A stretch of 53,313 nt of DNA from Octopus sinensis (GCF_006345805.1 NW_021833896.1:1-53313), one strand, 5' to 3'; positions 26,985-38,825 are shown, counted from the stretch's first letter. The notes: a model not told the origin generated them from the letters alone. A program made the numbers and translations.

Positions 26985-27110
26985 GTATGGCGCTCAGGAA
27001 TATAAATAAAAAAAGTCTTTTACGTTTCGAGCCTACGCTCTTCAACAGAAAGATACACAGAGAAGAAACACAGAAAGAAGGTGAGAAAAAAAATGCGTGC
27101 AGAGGCTAGC
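26985..27110 (-). mobile_element. Penelope-like element terminus, second copy
   Basis: Homologous to 20300-20375; contains the hammerhead-shaped motif. Confidence 0.6.
27015..27053 (-). ncRNA. Minimal type I hammerhead-like motif (variant core)
   Basis: UCUUU-CUGUUGA-A-GAGC(GUAG)GCUC-GAAA-C-GUA-AAAGA: stem I, stem II, GAAA, palindromic ACGU, GUA triplet; U at conserved A6. Confidence 0.5.
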
Positions 27111-27114
27111 GAAT

Positions 27115-27165
<51 letters not shown>

Positions 27166-27400
27166 TAGATAAATGGTACAAGGCGGCACCAATATTTACT
27201 GGAAATATATATGATTTAATAAAGTATCATTATTATTATTAGGAATAAGAATAACAATAAAGTGGCCAACAAGTTTAACTTAAACAGGCAAAATATACAA
27301 ATAAATTTTCTTATATTCGTTACATTTATTGTGCGTGTTTCTTAATAGTGAGAAATTTGTGTTGACTCCTACTAGATGAAGTTGGTATTTCGGTACCCTA

Positions 27401-27434
<34 letters not shown>

Positions 27435-27603
27435 ATGGAGGAGAGAGGGGAATGAGAAAGTGAGAGATAGTGAAAGAATATAGAATTGAAAAAAGTGGAA
27501 AGTGATGGTAAAAAATGGCATGTGATCGTAGGTGTGAATGACTCTCCCTACACGCCCGTCTATGAACATATGTATATATATATATATAATACATACATAC
27601 ATG

Positions 27604-27645
<42 letters not shown>

Positions 27646-28149
27646 ATATATATAATATATATATATATACATACACATACATATATATATATGTATGAAT
27701 GTATGTAAGTATGCATGCATGTATGCATGTATATATGAATGTTTGCATGAATGTATGTACATGAGAATGTGCGCCCACGTGCTCGTGTGTTTAAAAGTGA
27801 TATTCAAGTGTCAACTGGTGCGTTGTTCCTATAATTCAATCTTGACAGTTGTTTAGGAGAAGAAGAGAGAGAGATAACGAGAGATAACAAGAGAGATAGA
27901 GAGGCGGGAGGGTGCGTGCGTGTCTGTGTAGATGGTTCTGAATAAAAAAATAATTTAGGCGGGGTTGGGTGTCTGTAATATGAGAGTCTGTAAAATGTAT
28001 GTGTGTTATATAGCGTGATGTATATGTGTGCAGTGTGATGTGTTTGCATGTTTGAATAAGAGACGGTAGATACTGCAGCAGAAGGAATATGAGGTAGATA
28101 GGTAGGTAAGATGTAGGTGGATGGGTATATTGGACGATAAATGGATAGA

Positions 28150-28300
<151 letters not shown>

Positions 28301-28417
28301 ATGGTTAATGTCAATGCAAGAAACTCTCGGCCATGGAGTCACTCTAACTTTGTCGATTATTAATAAAATATATGTACACGCATGATTTGACTTCTATTTT
28401 CCTGTTTGTTACACCAA

Positions 28418-28455
<38 letters not shown>

Positions 28456-28602
28456 GTCTGTCTGTCTGTCTGTCTGCCTGTCTATCTTCATGTTTGTTTT
28501 ATGATTAGTTATGATAAAAACCATCTTGTATTAACTTTACGATAGTTTTCGAGGTCAAAACTTCGAAGTCATTATCAATAATATTCTTGTTTAAGAATAG
28601 TG

Positions 28603-28636
<34 letters not shown>

Positions 28637-28790
28637 GGGAGAGAGAGAGAGAGAGAGGGGGAGAGAGAGGGAGAAGAAAGAGCGGGATAGGGAGAGGCAG
28701 GTAAAATTGATTATGATGAGGTCGATAATGATGATTATGATGATAACGGCATGCTGTTCATAATGATAACATGAATGATGATAATGGTAA

Positions 28791-29237
28791 TTATTGGACT
28801 GAAGTTGGTGGTAACGGTGATGGTGATGGTGATGATGATGAGGAGGAGGAGAAGAAGGAGGAGGATGGGAGGTGGAAGAGGACGGGGATGATAGCGGTTG
28901 TGCTAACGATTTTGGTGGTGGCGTCGATTGCTGTAGTGGTGGTGGTGGTGCCGGCGATGAGGACAAGCAATTCAGTGACAAACGCCATGCTGCTGTAGTT
29001 ACATCCTGGACGAATTGCATTCACGATCCCGGTTTTCGATTCTCTGTTCGGAGTGCTTCGCTCACATTTTGCTAAAATGCCCCTGGGAAAACGGCATAAA
29101 TATCGCCGCTTCGCATTTTCCGAACGCACACCACCATCGTCCACTTCTTCAACAGTAAAGTTATCATATGTAATTAAAAACTCATTATTCGCATCTGGTG
29201 TGTTATCTGATTGCATATCAGCGATAACTTTTAGTGG
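28791..29237 (-). CDS. Probable terminal coding exon (148 aa); start resembles a CUB-domain C-terminus; hydrophobic and S/T/P tail
   Basis: Acceptor ATTATTAACCCCAG; about 98 non-repetitive open codons, G-rich at position 1. PLKVIADMQSDNTPDANNEFLITY resembles the CUB pattern L.V.F.SD.S....GF..TY. The last ~50 codons are simple repeat. Confidence 0.55.
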   Translation of the reverse strand, partial: PLKVIADMQSDNTPDANNEFLITYDNFTVEEVDDGGVRSENAKRRYLCRFPRGILAKCERSTPNRESKTGIVNAIRPGCNYSSMAFVTELLVLIAGTTTTTTAIDATTKIVSTTAIIPVLFHLPSSSFFSSSSSSSPSPSPLPPTSVQ

Positions 29238-29270
29238 CTGGGGTTAATAATATTGACAAAGTAACAATAT

Positions 29271-29314
<44 letters not shown>

Positions 29315-29829
29315 TATGCCACTAAACCAATAGATTCTATGAGAGATGGAAGAAGGAGGAAAAAGGACCAGGAAGAGGAGGGGAATAATTTGAAGATTTT
29401 GGGGCGGGAGGGGGTCCGTTAGGGTAAACTTACGCAGGTAAATTCTTAACCAGCAGTAAGTTGAAACTGCGAGATAAACTTGAAGTGCCTGCCATTCACA
29501 ATATACGAAGGTGAAGTTCAAGGGTTTCTAATTTTGGAATGTGTTAAAGAATTTGGCGAAAAGTAAAGGAACGATGCATCAAAAGAGTCAAGAAACGAAT
29601 CCCTGACGTCTTCTTGGAAGAATACAAAATGGTTTGTCGTTACTTTCTTCCGAATCTCTTTTTACAAGACATCATCTTGTCGGCTGTAGAGGTAGTTCTT
29701 TGGCTGAGAGAAAGAAGGAAACGGAGAGAGAGAGGGTGGAGTGGGGGAGAATGCGGGAATTAGGGAGAGAAGAGGTATGAGAGAGAATGGAGATAGAGAC
29801 TTTAAGAAAATAATTGAAATATATTTATC

Positions 29830-30021
29830 AACCCTGAAAGGCTGAATTCTGTATTGAGTCGAATGGCAAAATGTGTCACTCAAGAAGGACTTCAGTTTGA
29901 ACAATTTTCATGATGTTTCATATTTAGATGCTTTTATTAAATTCATCCACTTGTTAAACATAAATAAATCTTGGAATTAAATGGTTTTGATTTACTGTCA
30001 GGTGACTTTTGGCCAACCCTA
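29830..30021 (+). mobile_element. 3' end of a second Tc1/mariner-superfamily element
   Basis: RMAKCVTQEGLQFEQFS* (29860-29913) fits the C-terminal R...C....G..FE motif; ends GACTTTTGGCCAACCCTA followed by TA; no left TIR found. Confidence 0.6.
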
Positions 30022-30357
30022 TATATATTGATCTCACTAGGAATGAAGAGGAAAACTTAGCATTTAGAGCGTTTGAAGCACTAGGATGCTTTGAGACATT
30101 TGCTCCCGTTCTGTGCATTTTGAGTTCAAAATCCGCATTAACTATCCTTATAATGAAACGATATTTTCCGAGCGGACTAATGATAAAAAAAAAACAATAA
30201 AGGGTAGTGAACTTAAAAAGAATATATGTCGTTATTGGACTGTGTTCCATTAAAAAAATCATGACGATGATGAGGAGTGATACAAATTTTAAAAAAACCT
30301 ACCCAAACGGAAGTATGATATTCTTAATGAAACTGTTGCAAATGTCCTGAGTAGATG

Positions 30358-30414
<57 letters not shown>

Positions 30415-30465
30415 GTATATATATTGTTTCACGTTCTTGTCCCAGTTTGTATATTTTTTTACTTT

Positions 30466-30522
<57 letters not shown>

Positions 30523-31736
30523 CTAGTAAAACTGATTGTTTAAAAGAGAAGTTTGACGAATATCACAAACCATTTTATCCGAGGGCTAACTGTGACTCGA
30601 TAATTTTTGTCTGACAAAAATAGCTTGAAGGGAATCACGGCATTTAACGACGTTAGATTTCTCTAAGGATGTTTGATATTTGTCATCAATCTGCAGGTTG
30701 TGGCACCCTTGGTAGGATGCAGACCGTCGATTGTACTCTACTGACTTGTCCGTTTACGTAAACGCTTTGGGGCGTTCTAAAAACTAGTCTATGACTGTCG
30801 TTTTGAATGGGATTTGTGCAAGGATTTATTCATGCTTTGAAAAGGGGGATTAAGAGATGAAATTTAAAACAAAAATAAAAAAGAAAAATACAACAATAAC
30901 AATAACGACAGCAAGAAATACATGCCTGACTTTGTAGAGTTAACTCAGACTTTGTGATGGAGTTTTGTGTCAGAAAGAGATGTCAACATGTAGCGTTATG
31001 GGAGATGGTAAATTCTTAGAAATTGAAGGGAATCATATGATTGGGGTTAGATAGAGGAATAACAAAGAAACGAGTTCAGTATTGTAGGTGTGTTTTCTTT
31101 GAAATAAATACGCATCACCGAAGGACATTATAATCACATTTCTTCTCACTAATAATTGAACTAATACAATTCCATATATGGACAATGGAACAACTATGTG
31201 CATGGATGTAAATCTCAGCATATATATTTGTGTTGCCTTTGTACCAAATAAAGCATTATTATTATTATAGTATAATTTTTGATATAGTTGTTGTTGTTGT
31301 TGTTGCTGTTGTTTTTGTTGTTGTTGTTGTTATGACGTTGACAAGTTGGCAGATTCATTACACTGTGTGACACCGATTGTGCCCGAGAATTACGTTAAGG
31401 ATACTTGGGATGCACATATCTGTGGAATGTTCAGCCACATGCTTATTCGACGAAGATTCAGTGTACACACACATACATACATACAAACACACGCGCGCGC
31501 ACACACATACACACACACATGCATACACACACCACGCATAACTATGTATGTATACATGTCTATATGTGTGTCTGTATGTTTACGTATGCAGTTATAGAAG
31601 CACTGGAACATCTCTGTTTCTGAGTGCTGTAGGTATATAGTGCAAGAGTATAGTTCCTGTGAGTATATATAAATGGCAAATATGTATACTGTGGACAATA
31701 AGGTCGTGAATAAAAGTACGTGTCCATGCATTGAGC

Positions 31737-31771
<35 letters not shown>

Positions 31772-32097
31772 AAGGGCGAAGGTCACCCCCCTCATCATCA
31801 TCATCATCATCAGTATGTCCTCTATTTCTATCTCTCCCACTCCTCCTACTCTGTGCATTTGCCTATGACAGTCCTTATCTACCATCTGCTCATTTTGCGC
31901 TTGATTCTATTCCACCAGATCCTTTCACATTTATCTGCCTGATACTCCCCCCCTCTCTCTCTCACACACACACGCAACTTGTTTTTTTAGTCTTTTTAAC
32001 TTCTCTCTCTTTCTCACATGTTTGTTTTCTTCACAATCTACCTTCAGCTATATGTGTGTGTATACATACACACACCACACACGTACATGTGTTTTTA

Positions 32098-32139
<42 letters not shown>

Positions 32140-32439
32140 TAAGTGTATGCATATGCATATATATATATATGCACATGCATATATATGCATATGCATATAT
32201 ATATATATTTTTGTGTGTGTGTGTGTGTATGTATTTGTGCATGCATCTGTATCTCACTCAGTCTTTTATTTTATTTCGCGTGCGAGCACATGCACATACC
32301 CGTCAATGTAGATATGCACGTATACTTACATGCCTGGCACGTGGCATAAATAAATATCCAGTAGGTATTAACGAAGTAAATTCTCAACGGAATTGCTTAT
32401 CACTCTCAGTAGGACAATATATCTGTCAATTTTTTCTAC

Positions 32440-32802
32440 TATAGGCACAAGACCCGAAATATTTGTGGAAGAAGCTACTCGAATGCATCATTATTTTATC
32501 GACCCCGATAGCAGGAAGAAATTCCTCAAAGCATTTGTCTGACGTTATAACGATTCTGCCGGCTCGCCTCCTTGGGTCAATATACTGTAATCCTTTCTGT
32601 TATTGGCACAAGGCTTGAAATTTGGGGGAAGGGACTAATCGATTATACCGACCATAGTTCTCGGTTGGTACTTATTTTATCGACCCCGAATAGATGAAGG
32701 GCAGAGTCGACCTCGACGGAATCAGAATTCAGAACGTAAACCAAACCAAATGCTTTGTTGTATTTCGTCCGGCGTGCTAACGATTCTGCCAGTTCGTCGC
32801 TT
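32440..32802 (-). mobile_element. Two tandem SINE A copies
   Basis: Partial copy at 32440-32572 and full copy at 32589-32802. Confidence 0.8.
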
Positions 32803-33302
32803 CAAGGACAATATACCATAATGATAATTAAAAAATATTGCTTTTAGAAACATACACAATACCTATATACATATATATATATGTATGCATGTATGTGTGT
32901 GTCTTTGTGTGTGCGTGCGTATTTGTGTGTGTGTGTGCACGCACTAAGAGAAACACCCACGGTCGGGTAACTGTTGAGAGTACGATGCTTCTCCTAGTTG
33001 GCTAGATCTTGGATCTTAGACTGCCTTAAAGGATAATCAGTTAATTCATTTATTTTCGCAAGGCATGCTAAGATTTCATATATCTATCGATTTTGTTTTC
33101 AATACTTCAATAATTAAGAACTGCTTTCAAAAGTTATCCCAGGAAACATTCAGTCTAATTCCGAGAGGGGCATAATAATGAAGGTACAATTTTTAGCTCA
33201 CAAACTTACTGTAATAGATGCTGATCCAATCTTGACGCTTTTATGATCGAAGTGATATATTCGTTGTTGATTTGAAATCATGAGAATGAGATAAAATTCA
33301 TT

Positions 33303-33686
33303 ATGCGATGTGGAAAGCAGTTTGCTTTCCAACCAAATGCTTTCAGATTTAGTTGCACCGCGTGGCACCTTGGTTACATTTCTGCTACTATATAGCCTTG
33401 GACTGGGCAGACCCTTGTAAGTGAATTTTGTGGACCGAAACTGAAAGAAGCCCATCGTATATATGTATGTGTGTGTGTGTGTGCGTCTTTGTATCTGTAT
33501 CTCCCCAACACCACCACCACCACTTGACAACCCGTGTTGGTTTGTTTACATCTCCGTAACTTAGCTGTTCGGCATAAGAGCCGATGGAGTAAGTAACAGA
33601 CTAGGGTCGATTTATTCGACTAAAACCCTTCAAAGCAGTGCCCCAGCGTGGCCACAATCCTATGACTGAAACCCATAAAAGATAAA
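33303..33686 (+). mobile_element. SINE B, degenerate full length
   Basis: Colinear with 388-777. Confidence 0.8.
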
Positions 33687-34382
33687 CGATAACAATACGA
33701 AACTAAAAAAAAAAAAAGAAAGAAAGAAAAAAGGGAGAGAAATAGATACCGTCAAGAGCTTCAGTAAAACTTCGGAATTGGCAAATTTACAAATTTAGTT
33801 GTTGAGACAAAAAGTTAAGGTTTCGGACAAAATTTGTGAGAAATGAGGAATTTAAAAAAAGAATGTAAATAAATTAAAAGCTGGAGATAGAAACAAGATA
33901 AGGCGGTTACCGTAGTGAATGAAAGATATAGAGTGAAGTATGGCTTGAGTGTACTGGTGTGAGAGGAAGTGTGAAGTATGGTTTTCTTAGGGAGAATGAT
34001 GAGTGGTCTGATAAGTGGCGGCATGAGAAAGGGCTGGCAGTGCAGTTGAGATAACCTGTGACACAATCATACAGTAACAAAACAATAAAGAAAAAAAAAA
34101 TTACTAGTGGTTGAGTGAGTGACGCGAAGAGCATCTGGGTTCGGTGGTAGTTTGAGAGGATGTTCGTGATTCTGGGGTTGGGATTTTATTAGCTCAAACG
34201 ATACAGCATAACACACGCACACTCTTCATTTTATATTAACCTATAGTATACTGGGCAATAGCAGGAATCGTTTTGCCTTTAAGATAATAGATTTAATTCA
34301 TTTTTGAATAACATTAACGGCACTAGATATTACTACTTAAATGTGGATGTTCTAATAAAACAAACTATACTGCGGTAGTTAC

Positions 34383-34584
34383 CATCAGAGAAACTCTCAT
34401 ATTGGCTTTTGGTGCAAAATACACGCTTATCTATATCGCTAGCGGGGAAATAAATCCCCACCACCTTTTTGCACCGAAGTCAGCAGATAACGTGATTTCG
34501 ACCTTCCCTGGTCTCGCTAATGATGGACGCTCGATCGCTAGAGGGAGCAGCGATCCATCTCTCTATTATCGATATATAGAAAAA
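34383..34584 (-). CDS. Candidate internal exon with one in-frame TGA (34480-34482); CUB-like core
   Basis: Acceptors at 34586-34585, 34564-34563 and 34562-34561; donor GATG/GTAACT. Reads RWIAAPSSDRASII...NHVIC*LRCKKVVGIY...RVFCTK. The plus strand is also open (34327-34656), so strand is not proven. Confidence 0.4.
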
Positions 34585-35070
34585 CTGCCAGAAAGTATAT
34601 ACATGAAAATAAATGGTACAGAAAATAAAAAGTACAGAGAAATTACATCTGTTTAAAATGAAATTATTAGCCATTTTCTGAATTATACATTAAGTTTCAA
34701 GTATAAAATTAACATTTTCAAAATGAATTGGAAATCATTTACTTTTTCATATTTAGTAATTAATTTTTATAGATGTAGTCATGATAATCATTGCCTAATT
34801 TGTATATATTTATCAGTATAGATCATAATCATCACTCACAGGCAAGTATGACTGGTAACTTAAACATACTTTTTGAGATTGCTAAATCCGTTGAATTTAT
34901 GGATTTATGATCGGTTTCTATTTAGTTTCTGTCAACCCAATATAACTCAAAAGACTTGGGCTGTCCTAAGGCTACGATAAAAAAAAAATCACTTGGTTAG
35001 ACACTGGATTTGAGCGTGGGATCTCGGGATTGCAAAAGGATTTTCTTAACAATTCTGAGTTGTTTTAAAA

Positions 35071-35283
35071 TAATCCTTTCTACTTACTATAGGTACAAGG
35101 CCTTGAATTTGTGGGGAGGGGGATAGTCGATAACGTCGACCTCAGTACTTGACTGGTACTTAATTAATCGACCCCGAAAGGATGAAAGGTAAGTCAACCT
35201 CGGCGAAATTTGAACTCAGAATGTAAAAACGTACGAAATACTGCTAAGTATTTTGCTCGGCGTGCTAACGATTCTGCCAGCTC
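35071..35283 (-). mobile_element. SINE A, well preserved
   Basis: Head, core and tail. Confidence 0.85.
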
Positions 35284-35452
35284 AACAACATATAACAATA
35301 TCATGCATTGCTGTAACTTCTTGTTTTCCTAATTTTCCTCAAATAAATCACATAAACTGTTATGTTGAAACAAACCAGTATTCACTTTTGTATATATTCA
35401 GTTATGTGTTTGTGTGTATATGTGCGTGTGTATTTGTGTAAATATATGTGAA

Positions 35453-35499
<47 letters not shown>

Positions 35500-35778
35500 A
35501 ACTACATGCGTGTGCATATTTTTGTGAATGAGCTTCTGTAAGCACGTGTATGAGTGTATACGCACATCTATATAAACATTCATGTATTTCTATACAAGAT
35601 GGCGATGTTTCGTCTATTGAAGGCTACATTGGGACAGGAAATAGTTGTGAGATAGTCACTCGAGACTTTTATCAGGTTAATAGGTTAAAGAATACCGGGT
35701 TAAAATTTCTACACGAGTAATCTATACGAATGTAAAGTATGCATCATTGACAAGCTAGAGAACACACACACACACACA

Positions 35779-35831
<53 letters not shown>

Positions 35832-36041
35832 TCACACACACACATACACTCACACACACATGTATGTATCTATTTATCAATATACATGTACACGTACATA
35901 GATACATACATACATACATACATACATACATACATACATACATACATACATACATACATACATACATACACACATACATTAATATATATTACAAAATAGA
36001 AATGAAAATTTCGATATTCAGTGAAATAATTTAGTTCTTAC

Positions 36042-36118
36042 CTTGCAATATATATTCAGGAATAAAACATAACAACTTCCGGTAATGGCTGCCATTTTAA
36101 GTAAATGTCCGCAACATT
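36042..36118 (-). CDS. Candidate first or early exon: (ECCGHLLK)MAAITGSCYVLFLNIYCK
   Basis: Strong donor AAG/GTAAGA; ATG at 36095 in AAAATGG context; exits in phase 0, compatible with the exon-2 acceptors. Confidence 0.35.
36075..36098. promoter_or_regulatory. Adjacent ETS-like (ACCGGAAGT) and inverted YY1-like (AATGGC-T-GCCATTTT) motifs
   Basis: Motif matches only. Confidence 0.25.
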
Positions 36119-36991
36119 CTATTTTTTTATTTTTTATATTTTAATGTTTTTCTATTAGTTCTGAAATAGACAAGAATAAAAATAGAAAATTAAGTTCAAT
36201 GTTAGAATTCATTATAAACGGTTTAATAATTCATAATTAATATCAGTCTTAACAATTATCAGCAAACACACACACACACACACATGCATACAATATATAC
36301 ATAAATACATACACATGCGTGTTGGGGTAGGGTATTTAGAGTTCTGTGACACTGTGAATGCTGGCGGGATTCATACAGCTCTTGCAAGCTAAACATTACA
36401 TAGATTTTGGTTGAGTAGACAGACATTTGGTGTAGACAAAATACGTAGAATTTGGCTGGAGATACATAGTCTAGATTTTGTTTAGATAGAGGCAGCAATA
36501 ACAACACTACCACCAATAATAATAATTGTTTCAATTTTTTGCACAAAGCCAGGAATTTTGGAGGAAGAGGGAGTCGATTACACCGACGCAGTACTTGGTC
36601 GGTACTTTATTTTATCGACCTTAGTGTAAGTATCGACCATAGCGTAATTTGAGCTTAGAACAACCCCGGAAGAAATGCCGCTAAGCTCTTTGTATGAATA
36701 TTGCTTATTTCAACGGCCATGGAGATATGAGAAAATCGATTCCAACAGAATTCGAACTAGCAGCGTATATAATTACAATCAGTGCATTTTATCTGTATTA
36801 CGACACATGATAATGATGATTGTGGTGGTGGTGGTGGTGGTGGTTGTGTTGCTGTTAGAGCTGGTGCTGGTATGGTTCAAACTGAGTTTTCAGAAGTGAC
36901 GGCTGTAGTATAAAGAGCACCCCCCCTCAACAACGAGTACACACCAATGTATGAATTTATACGTACATACATACATACGTCCGTGCATACC

Positions 36992-37069
<78 letters not shown>

Positions 37070-37315
37070 CACGGAAAAGCAACAACACGGACACCAACAT
37101 CAGTGGCAGCAATTTCAAAAGCAACTAAACAATAAAAGCAGCGAAAAAAAAAAAGATCTATCAAAAATTCTTTATTTTACTGCAACACGAAACGACGAAA
37201 ATTTTCTTTATGTCACTAAGAACATGAGATTCTAATCAACATTAAACAACAAAATCGCTACTTAATTATTTCAAGTGAAGCCATCTTTCAAATTTATGAA
37301 AAGAAAGAAGGGGAA

Positions 37316-37346
<31 letters not shown>

Positions 37347-37855
37347 AATCGGGGAGAGGGTGCTGTTTCTGCGTGCGCGTGTACTTGAAGTGGCCATACT
37401 TCTCATTTCTTTGATCGGTACTCCATTTCCGGTTTGTCATACCAATATTTGCTCCGCACGAATCACTTTCACACACCTGCACACAACACATTTAAACTCA
37501 GAAAAACACTTACAAATATACACGCATACACATACATCTCATCCATTTGGGTGAATGTATCTATGTATATTGGTGTGTAGATGGATGTGTGGTAAAATAT
37601 ATATATTTGCGTTAATGTAGCATATGTGTTTACGAGCATTCTTTCTGACGTACATATTGAGCTCTAACGTGAGACGCAAACCTTCAACAGTTAGCGGGGG
37701 ATGAGGTTGAGCTAGTCGACCTACCACTACTTACTTTAACTCTCTCACCTTGAGTTCTCAATTCCTGGTGGAGTCGCAGAGTCGTCGTTCTTACATACGA
37801 CATGTTTCGGGTATTGAAAACGATCCCTCTCTATGTCTGACTACAATCGATTTAC

Positions 37856-37945
<90 letters not shown>

Positions 37946-37976
37946 TGTAGAGTGTGGTGGGGTGTTAGAAGAAACG

Positions 37977-38215
37977 AACTGGCACTTATTTCTTACCCCA
38001 CGAAAGGATGATGAAGAGCAAAGCTGACCTTGGCAGGATTTGAACTCAAATCCAGAGTGCCAAGGAAAATCGCAAGACATTTAGAATTCTGCCGAGGTCA
38101 CCTTTGCCGTTTATCCTTTCGTGGTTGATAAAATAAGCATCAGTTGAGCACTAGGGTCGATGTAATCGACTTAACACCTCCCCTAAAATTATTGGTCATG
38201 TGCCAAAATTAGAAA
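37977..38215. mobile_element. Inverted pair of SINE A cores
   Basis: 37977-38041 (-) and 38085-38145 (+) are about 60-bp near-complementary arms. Confidence 0.75.
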
Positions 38216-38230
38216 GAAAGATCATTTCTT

Positions 38231-38374
38231 TTTATTGTCTGGGGAGAGTCATTCTCATTTAGTGCCTTATTAATTTAACGCACTCATTTACGTGTAATTG
38301 AGTGAGAATCAGACCGCTGAGTGTTTTAAATTAATAAGATACTAAAAGAGAATGACTTTCCCCAGACACAATAA
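38231..38374. mobile_element. MITE-like fold-back, about 56-bp arms
   Basis: 38231-38286 versus the reverse complement of 38318-38374. Confidence 0.6.
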
Positions 38375-38526
38375 ATTATGCTTCAACACACGAATTCACA
38401 TTAAGAATCTTGCAAACCACACACAAAAACGAAATATTTCTTTTTGTAATGTTTTCGCATTTCAGCAGAGGAAACAACGACAACGACGATGATGACAGCA
38501 ATAACTGATTTTGCTCTACAAGGAAC

Positions 38527-38825
38527 ATTGTTGTTATTTGTTCCTTCTCGAGCCATGCCTGGTTCCCCGGTTTCATTGGGGTATAGATTCCCCACCTGGA
38601 CAGGATGCCGGTCCGTTGCAGGTGAGCTGCTAGATACAGGTGGAAAGAGTGAGAGAAAGTTGTGGCGAAAGAATCAGCAGACGTTCACCCTTGCCTTCTG
38701 CTAGAGCTGAGTGGAACCTAAGTGTTTCGCTCATAAACACAATCATCACCCGGTCTGAAATTCGAACCCGCGATCCCTCGATCGCGAATCAGCAGCTCTA
38801 ACCACTAGGCCATGTGTCTCCACAC
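38527..38825 (-). mobile_element. tRNA-derived SINE family E with intact A and B boxes
   Basis: A box TGGCCTAGTGG (38802-38812), B box GGTTCGAAT (38760-38768), central CCTGCAACGGACCGGCATCCTGTCCAGG (resembles the V-SINE motif from memory), AAC tail. Confidence 0.8.

Noticed and set aside
28771-28998. Plus-strand ORF resembling a type II membrane anchor (RWKRTGMIAVVLTILVVASIAVVVVVVP)
   Set aside because: Hydrophobicity comes from (GTG)n repeat on the antisense side of the better-supported minus exon; no acceptor or donor.
30761-30788. Helitron-like 3' end (AACGC/GCGTT hairpin then CTAGT)
   Set aside because: Only a 5-bp stem, no 5' end and no second copy.
29434-33235. 11-nt microexons (29434-29444 or about 33211-33221) that would fix the exon 2-3 phase mismatch
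   Set aside because: GTAAGT donors are good but acceptors are poor, and such sites are expected by chance every few kb; an alternative acceptor at 29229-29228 fixes the phase equally well.
35590-35730. Ephrin-like fragments on the minus strand (NFNPVF; KVSSDYLTTISCP)
   Set aside because: In different frames with several stops; short motifs, likely chance.
38750-38825. tRNA gene
   Set aside because: A and B boxes continue into a SINE body; no acceptor stem or T-run terminator.
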